64,000 nt of DNA, taken from positions 21,013 through 85,012 of the forward strand of contig CAJJCZ010000010.1 in assembly GCA_905182795.1 (NCBI GenBank). The letters are read 5' to 3'. The translations under genes were made by a program, and so were the position numbers. The number at the start of each line of letters is the position of its first letter. Within the stretch, counting starts at the first letter, position 1. Below the pieces are notes generated by a model. It was not told where the DNA came from, did not search any database, and saw only the letters and a program-made list of their open reading frames with translations. This DNA is from an uncultured bacterium. GTDB lineage: Bacteria > Fidelibacterota > Marinisomatia > Marinisomatales > Marinisomataceae. Positions 59,393 through 64,000 of this stretch are shown here, piece after piece.

Positions 59393-60401
59393 ATTATTTA
59401 TCGTTTTATTGCTAGCAATTATTGCTTGCGGCGGCGGCGGAAGTTCTTCACCTACCGATCCTAGCGATGGAACTGATCCTGGCGATGGAACAGACCCTTA
59501 TGATTTTCCTAATGCCACCAATCTAGACCAATTAAGTCAAATAGAGATTGTAACATGGAATATTAGACAATTTCCACAACATAGCACCACAACGAGTTAT
59601 GTCAAAAGTCTTTTAGAGGCATGGAATGCTGACATATATTTATTTCAAGAAATTTCAAGTGAATCTGAATTAATCAGCATGGTAAACTCAATGAATGATT
59701 ATTCCTATGTAGTAGATGAAGAATCTGGAAATTTAGGATTTGCTTTAGTCTATAAAAATAGCACTGTTACTTTCAATTCTAAAAATGAGCTTTGGGCAGA
59801 CACTCCAAATAGTAATGATGGAGACTCAGACTATGAAAATAATGCACAATATCAATTTGCTAGTCGCCCACCAATGGAAAATTATATTACATGGACAGAT
59901 GGAACTAAATCAATGGATTTGTATGTAATGGATGTACACTACAAATGTTGTGGAGATGATACTTATGATAGTAGTGATCCTTCAGATGAAACTAACAGAA
60001 GACATCATGCCAGCTTACTATTAACAGATTATGTGATTAATAATAGAGCATCAGACAATGTTATTATTGTAGGCGATTTTAATAATACAGGCTCTCAATC
60101 AGTGGATAATCCAACGATTAGCCCTTTTACTGACCCTAACATTTCTTCTTCAACAAATTTTCTAATGGTAGACAAAGATATTCTTACTGGACCAAGTAGT
60201 GGATATTCATGGCAAGGCTGGACAAGTTCATATTCAGCGGCACATTTCGATCATATAATTATTAATCAACCTCTATTCCAATATGGTGGAACAACAACAA
60301 CGGGTGTTATTGCTTTGCCAACAGAAACTAATACTGCTGCTACAACTGTGGCTGACAGAATATCTGATCACCAGCCAGTATTTATGCGATTTTATCCCTA
60401 A
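59373..60401 (+). CDS. Endonuclease/exonuclease/phosphatase (EEP) family lipoprotein
   Basis: Lipobox AIIAC|GGGG, a D/G/T/P-rich linker (TDPSDGTDPGDGTDP), EIVTWNIRQFP, FQE, VGDFN and a C-terminal SDHQPVF. Confidence 0.8.
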   Translation: MAQLINKLFIVLLLAIIACGGGGSSSPTDPSDGTDPGDGTDPYDFPNATNLDQLSQIEIVTWNIRQFPQHSTTTSYVKSLLEAWNADIYLFQEISSESELISMVNSMNDYSYVVDEESGNLGFALVYKNSTVTFNSKNELWADTPNSNDGDSDYENNAQYQFASRPPMENYITWTDGTKSMDLYVMDVHYKCCGDDTYDSSDPSDETNRRHHASLLLTDYVINNRASDNVIIVGDFNNTGSQSVDNPTISPFTDPNISSSTNFLMVDKDILTGPSSGYSWQGWTSSYSAAHFDHIIINQPLFQYGGTTTTGVIALPTETNTAATTVADRISDHQPVFMRFYP

Positions 60402-60409
60402 TTAATGTT

Positions 60410-61153
60410 TTGATTAATATCCTTAGAGTAATAATTATTTTTTCTCTATCAGGGTTTTTGAGTGCCCAAGATTTTAGTAAAATCGATATTGATTTAGATA
60501 ATTTATCATTCCAAAAAACTATTATTCCTCTTCAAGAATTAAATAATACTTTCCCCAAAAATATAAATGTACTATCACGATTATCGGCAGCACATCATTT
60601 TTTATCCGAAGAAACTAATGACAAAAAAATAGAAAAATTAAATATGGACAAGGCTTTAAAGTATATAACTGAGGCTATGTCAATTGATTCTACTAATGCA
60701 GAAGTCCATAAATGGTACGCTGTTTCATATGGTAAGAGCGTTGAAAACCAAAGTATTAGAAAGCAGATTGAAAGTTCTAAAATTATTGAATTTCATTGCC
60801 TCAAGGCTATTCAGAAAATTCCCAATGACCCTTTTTGTTATAATATAATGGGACAATGGCATTATCGGCTTGCTGATATCAGCTCATTTTCAAGACGACT
60901 AGCTAAAATTATATTTGAAGAACCCCCAAAAGGTTCTTTTGAGATGGCAGAGTATTTTCTTAAGAAAAGCTTAGAGTTAGAACCTAATTATATTGGTACA
61001 TACTATTGGCTGGGAAAGACATATGAAAAGATGGATAAAAAGGATAAAGCGTTATTACTGTTTCAAACAGCCATTGATTTACCTAGGCCTTATAATAGAG
61101 AAGAATTAATGTATCAAGATATTCTACAGCAATTAAAAAAAGAACAATCTTAA
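60410..61153 (+). CDS. Secreted helical-repeat (TPR-like) protein, hypothetical
   Basis: 247 aa with a TTG start, signal peptide FLSA|QD and TPR-like repeats (YYWLGKTYEKMDKKDKALLLFQTAIDL). Confidence 0.5.
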   Translation: MINILRVIIIFSLSGFLSAQDFSKIDIDLDNLSFQKTIIPLQELNNTFPKNINVLSRLSAAHHFLSEETNDKKIEKLNMDKALKYITEAMSIDSTNAEVHKWYAVSYGKSVENQSIRKQIESSKIIEFHCLKAIQKIPNDPFCYNIMGQWHYRLADISSFSRRLAKIIFEEPPKGSFEMAEYFLKKSLELEPNYIGTYYWLGKTYEKMDKKDKALLLFQTAIDLPRPYNREELMYQDILQQLKKEQS

Positions 61154-61887
61154 AGTTTTTTAACTTGCTTATAATTTTCAGGAGTATGAAAGATCTCTGG
61201 GATGGAATCTATCGCTGAATATCTTTTCAAGTTATATTCAAATTCTCCATCTTTACCGCTAAAAATTGCTTTAACAACAACTGCATTTCCATTGATTCCT
61301 AGCTCTGATAAATCACCATCGATATCCAAATTCATCCAATTTTTTTCAAATTTATCAATTTTGCTTTGCATAGATGTTACAATATCAGATTTTTGCAGCT
61401 CACTTGTAAACCAAAGAAGGACACTTGAATCTTCATCGCTTACATCTGTTACTTTGTATGATTCAAAACCATTAACTATTTCTATAGTATCTGATACTAT
61501 AGGCTTAGAATCTTCCCCTTCCTCTGATTCATTATTTTCTTCGCCAGAAGGAGGAGAAGTAGGATCTTTTTCTTTTAAGAATTCTGACAATAACTTCTTA
61601 GTAAAACGATTTTTTTTATGATTTATTTTTATAATAGTAGAATCTTGAAATGAAATAATAGTACCATTTTGCATATTTCTACTCATTAAGCGCGCCAATC
61701 CTTTTCCTTTAAATGAAAAATCCATTTTTGAATAGTATGTATCTTCAGAAAAATATTTATGAATAGAAGATTTCATAGAACCCATTTTGAAAGAGGCTAC
61801 AGTAGTTTCTTCAACGATAAACCCAGATTGCGCAATAAGATTAGATGAGATTAATAATGAAAAGAGTAAAAAGTATATATTGTTCAA
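61150..61887 (-). CDS. Secreted hypothetical protein with an acidic Ser/Glu-rich insert
   Basis: 245 aa with signal peptide NLIA|QS and no recognised motif. Its stop overlaps the convergent gene's stop (TTAA). Confidence 0.5.
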   Translation of the reverse strand: MNNIYFLLFSLLISSNLIAQSGFIVEETTVASFKMGSMKSSIHKYFSEDTYYSKMDFSFKGKGLARLMSRNMQNGTIISFQDSTIIKINHKKNRFTKKLLSEFLKEKDPTSPPSGEENNESEEGEDSKPIVSDTIEIVNGFESYKVTDVSDEDSSVLLWFTSELQKSDIVTSMQSKIDKFEKNWMNLDIDGDLSELGINGNAVVVKAIFSGKDGEFEYNLKRYSAIDSIPEIFHTPENYKQVKKL

Positions 61888-61892
61888 ATGTA

Positions 61893-62828
61893 TTACAATC
61901 CAGTTTCTTGGACAGTCTTTTTAACTTCTACGAGAGTATTGTCTAGAGCATTTTTTTCTTCATCATTTAAATCAAATGTTAGAATATTTTCAACACCATC
62001 AGCGCCAATTACAGTTGGAACACCAATAAAGTATCCGTCTACATTGAATTCACCTTCACATAATGATGCGCATGGGATTACTCTCTTTTTATCTTTGACA
62101 AAACTTTCAATCATTTCTACTGCAGATTGAGCAGGAGCATAAAATGCAGAGCCCTTACCAAAAAGCTTAACTAATTCTCCGCCACCAAAGCGAGTTCTAT
62201 CTTCAATTGCTTTAATTGTGTCAGCATCTAATAATGATGTCAATGGAACACCTCCGACAGTTGCTAAACGACTTACAGGAACCATGGTATCTCCATGTCC
62301 ACCAAGTACCATGCAAGTAACATCTTGGGAAGAAAGATTGGTTGCTTCTGCAATAAATGATCTGAACCTAGCGCTATCAAGCGCTCCAGCCATACCAACT
62401 ACTTTATTTTTAGCAAAACCAGATACTTTATAAAAAGCATATACCATTGCATCCAAAGGATTTGAAACAACTATTACAAAAGCATTAGGAGCATGTAGTT
62501 TTACTTGCTCTGCAACATTTGTCATAATATCTAAATTTTTCTTTAATAAATCTTCACGATCCATTCCTGGTTGTCTTGGAAATCCCGCGGTAATAACCAC
62601 AACATCTGAACCTCTAATTGTTGCAAAATCTGATGAACCAGTTAATTTAGCATCATAGCCATCATGTGGAAGAAGTTGAGATATGTCTAAAGCTTTTCCT
62701 TTGATAAAATTTTCAGCTTGGGGAATATCGATAATAACAATATCGCCTAATTCTTTTTGAGCAGAGAGTAGAGCAATATTACCACCGACTTGACCACCTC
62801 CGATTAATGCTATTTTTGGTCTAGCCAT
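61893..62828 (-). CDS. mdh: Malate dehydrogenase (LDH-like type)
   Basis: 311 aa with KIALIGGGQVGG, ITAGFPRQPGMDREDL and GGHGDTMVP. Confidence 0.95.
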   Translation of the reverse strand: MARPKIALIGGGQVGGNIALLSAQKELGDIVIIDIPQAENFIKGKALDISQLLPHDGYDAKLTGSSDFATIRGSDVVVITAGFPRQPGMDREDLLKKNLDIMTNVAEQVKLHAPNAFVIVVSNPLDAMVYAFYKVSGFAKNKVVGMAGALDSARFRSFIAEATNLSSQDVTCMVLGGHGDTMVPVSRLATVGGVPLTSLLDADTIKAIEDRTRFGGGELVKLFGKGSAFYAPAQSAVEMIESFVKDKKRVIPCASLCEGEFNVDGYFIGVPTVIGADGVENILTFDLNDEEKNALDNTLVEVKKTVQETGL

Positions 62829-62830
62829 TT

Positions 62831-63085
62831 TTAATTGTGTTCTATGACGCTAACAAAGCTTGTACTGCCTTTTTTGCTAAACTTTACTAGGCCAGGTGAG
62901 GTTGCAAACAAAGTATCATCATTTCCTCTTTTAACATTTCGTCCAGGATGTACTTTAGTGCCTCTTTGTCTGATAATAATACCGCCAGATAAGATTGATT
63001 GTCCATCGGACATTTTTACACCTAATCTTTGTGCATTGGAATCTCTTCCATTTCTTGAACTACCTTGTCCTTTTTTATGAGCCAT
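62831..63085 (-). CDS. rpmA: 50S ribosomal protein L27
   Basis: [24 protein letters not shown]...[13 protein letters not shown]. Confidence 0.97.
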   Translation of the reverse strand: MAHKKGQGSSRNGRDSNAQRLGVKMSDGQSILSGGIIIRQRGTKVHPGRNVKRGNDDTLFATSPGLVKFSKKGSTSFVSVIEHN

Positions 63086-63098
63086 GAGTCCCTACCTT

Positions 63099-63506
63099 TT
63101 ATTTTTTCTTCTCAGCAACTTTTTTCTTAGCTGCTGGTTTCTTTTTTGGTGCAGCTACTTTAGTAGTTTTAGCCACTGCTTTTTTTGCTTTTGATCCAGT
63201 AATAGACTGAATTTCTAGCATAGTTAAATCTTGTCTATGACCATTTTTTCTTTGATACCCTTTTCTTCTCTTCTTTTTGATGACAGTCACTTTATTAGCC
63301 CTCTTGTGCTCAAGCACTTTGACGCTAACTTTATATGTGTCTAATTCTTTAGGGTTAAAAATATTGGTATCTTTATTTGATACTGCTATTACATTATCAA
63401 ATTTTAAAGTTTTGCCTACTTCGATATCTATCTTAGAATCTACTAAGAGAGTATCGCCTTTAGCGACTTTATACTGCTTTCCATATATTTCTACAATTGC
63501 GAACAT
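63099..63506 (-). CDS. rplU: 50S ribosomal protein L21 with a Lys/Ala-rich C-terminal extension
   Basis: MFAIVEIYGKQYKVAKGDTLLVD...GHRQDLT, followed by AKKAVAKTTKVAAPKKKPAAKKKVAEKKK. Confidence 0.95.
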   Translation of the reverse strand: MFAIVEIYGKQYKVAKGDTLLVDSKIDIEVGKTLKFDNVIAVSNKDTNIFNPKELDTYKVSVKVLEHKRANKVTVIKKKRRKGYQRKNGHRQDLTMLEIQSITGSKAKKAVAKTTKVAAPKKKPAAKKKVAEKKK

Positions 63507-63539
63507 AGCTTGGGAACTTAATAGCTAATTTATTGGTTA

Positions 63540-64000
63540 TCAAGTACCTATTTCATGAGTTATATCTGTTGGATCTGACATTCGAGTAAAGCGAAATACA
63601 TTTTTACCCATTGAAATATCGTCGATGACTTTTAGATATACAAAATTTTTCCACATCAAGCTGATATAATCCCTCTTTTTTTCTTCTTTTAAGTAATGAG
63701 CAATTTCAGGGTTAAGATATAATTTTAATCTAATATCTCGATTTTTTTGTTTGTAGTCACGTAGCCAATAATCAATTCTAGTTAAAAGAGTATCTTTCGA
63801 TATGATTCTTCCATCTCCATTACAGGTATCACAGCGCTCAGTTAGTGAGTCGATAATACTTAGACCAGTTCTTTCTCTCGTCATTTCAAGGACTCCGAAC
63901 TCAGAAATTTCTGATACAGCTACTTTTGCCCTATCTTTTCTTAGTTCTTTCTTCATTTCAAGGTATACTTTTTTTCTATTTTCTGCATTTACCATATCAA
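63540..64000 (-). CDS. rng: Ribonuclease E/G family protein, C-terminal part (5' end lies outside the window)
   Basis: ISEFGVLEMTRERTGLSIIDSLTERCDTCNGDGRI is the conserved Rne/Rng zinc-link region. The frame stays open to the window edge. Confidence 0.8.
   Translation of the reverse strand, partial: DMVNAENRKKVYLEMKKELRKDRAKVAVSEISEFGVLEMTRERTGLSIIDSLTERCDTCNGDGRIISKDTLLTRIDYWLRDYKQKNRDIRLKLYLNPEIAHYLKEEKKRDYISLMWKNFVYLKVIDDISMGKNVFRFTRMSDPTDITHEIGT

Noticed and set aside
61150-61153. Convergent genes sharing overlapping stop codons (TTAA), plus near-abutting convergent ends at 12330/12334, 41974/41977, 44580/44584 and 40705/40708
   Set aside because: This is real but best explained as general genome streamlining. 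There is no evidence of a specific regulatory function, so I note it only in the summary.

Overview
AT-rich (roughly one-third G+C, estimated by eye) and very gene-dense chromosomal fragment. I call about 55 CDS, 2 tRNAs and 1 tmRNA. Most intergenic gaps are under 40 bp, many neighbouring genes overlap by 1-28 nt, and convergent genes share or nearly share stop codons (TTAA at 61150-61153). Bases 1-12330 form one co-directional run with gaps of 29 nt or less. Content is mostly housekeeping: dnaE 3' end, ligA, carAB, gcvP, argS, mnmA, glyQS, topA, hisS, mdh, rpmA, rplU and an RNase E/G 3' end. Envelope and transport functions are also present: SprA (T9SS translocon), an LptD-like protein, a TonB-dependent receptor, an OMF-MFP-RND pump, an ABC-2 exporter, an FTR1 iron permease, an azurin-like lipoprotein and gamma-glutamyltranspeptidase. 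SprA, the OMF-first pump order, the CarboxypepD_reg-type receptor and Gln after most signal peptides point to the FCB superphylum. Strong Shine-Dalgarno sequences (GGAGGA before 22320, AGGGGGA before 51491, AAGGGGA before 43501) argue against classical Bacteroidia. This taxonomic placement is inference only. I saw no CRISPR array, IS element, integrase, prophage or recognisable defence or toxin genes, and no rRNA. No unmistakable novel system is present. The best candidates for a second look are: (1) an FTR1 permease with a C-terminal 4-Cys knuckle beside a lipid-anchored azurin-type cupredoxin and a Fur-like operator; (2) a tRNA-Phe-led operon linking a membrane-anchored SRPBCC protein and a small polytopic membrane protein to an RND pump; (3) a TonB receptor / lipoprotein GGT / exported FGase-like hydrolase cluster; (4) sprA directly followed by a glutaminyl-cyclase-like lipoprotein, with a window-wide Gln +1 signal-peptide pattern; (5) a 245-bp non-coding island with two related hairpins between tRNA-Lys and ssrA. 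All protein calls rest on motif recognition from memory; no searches were run.
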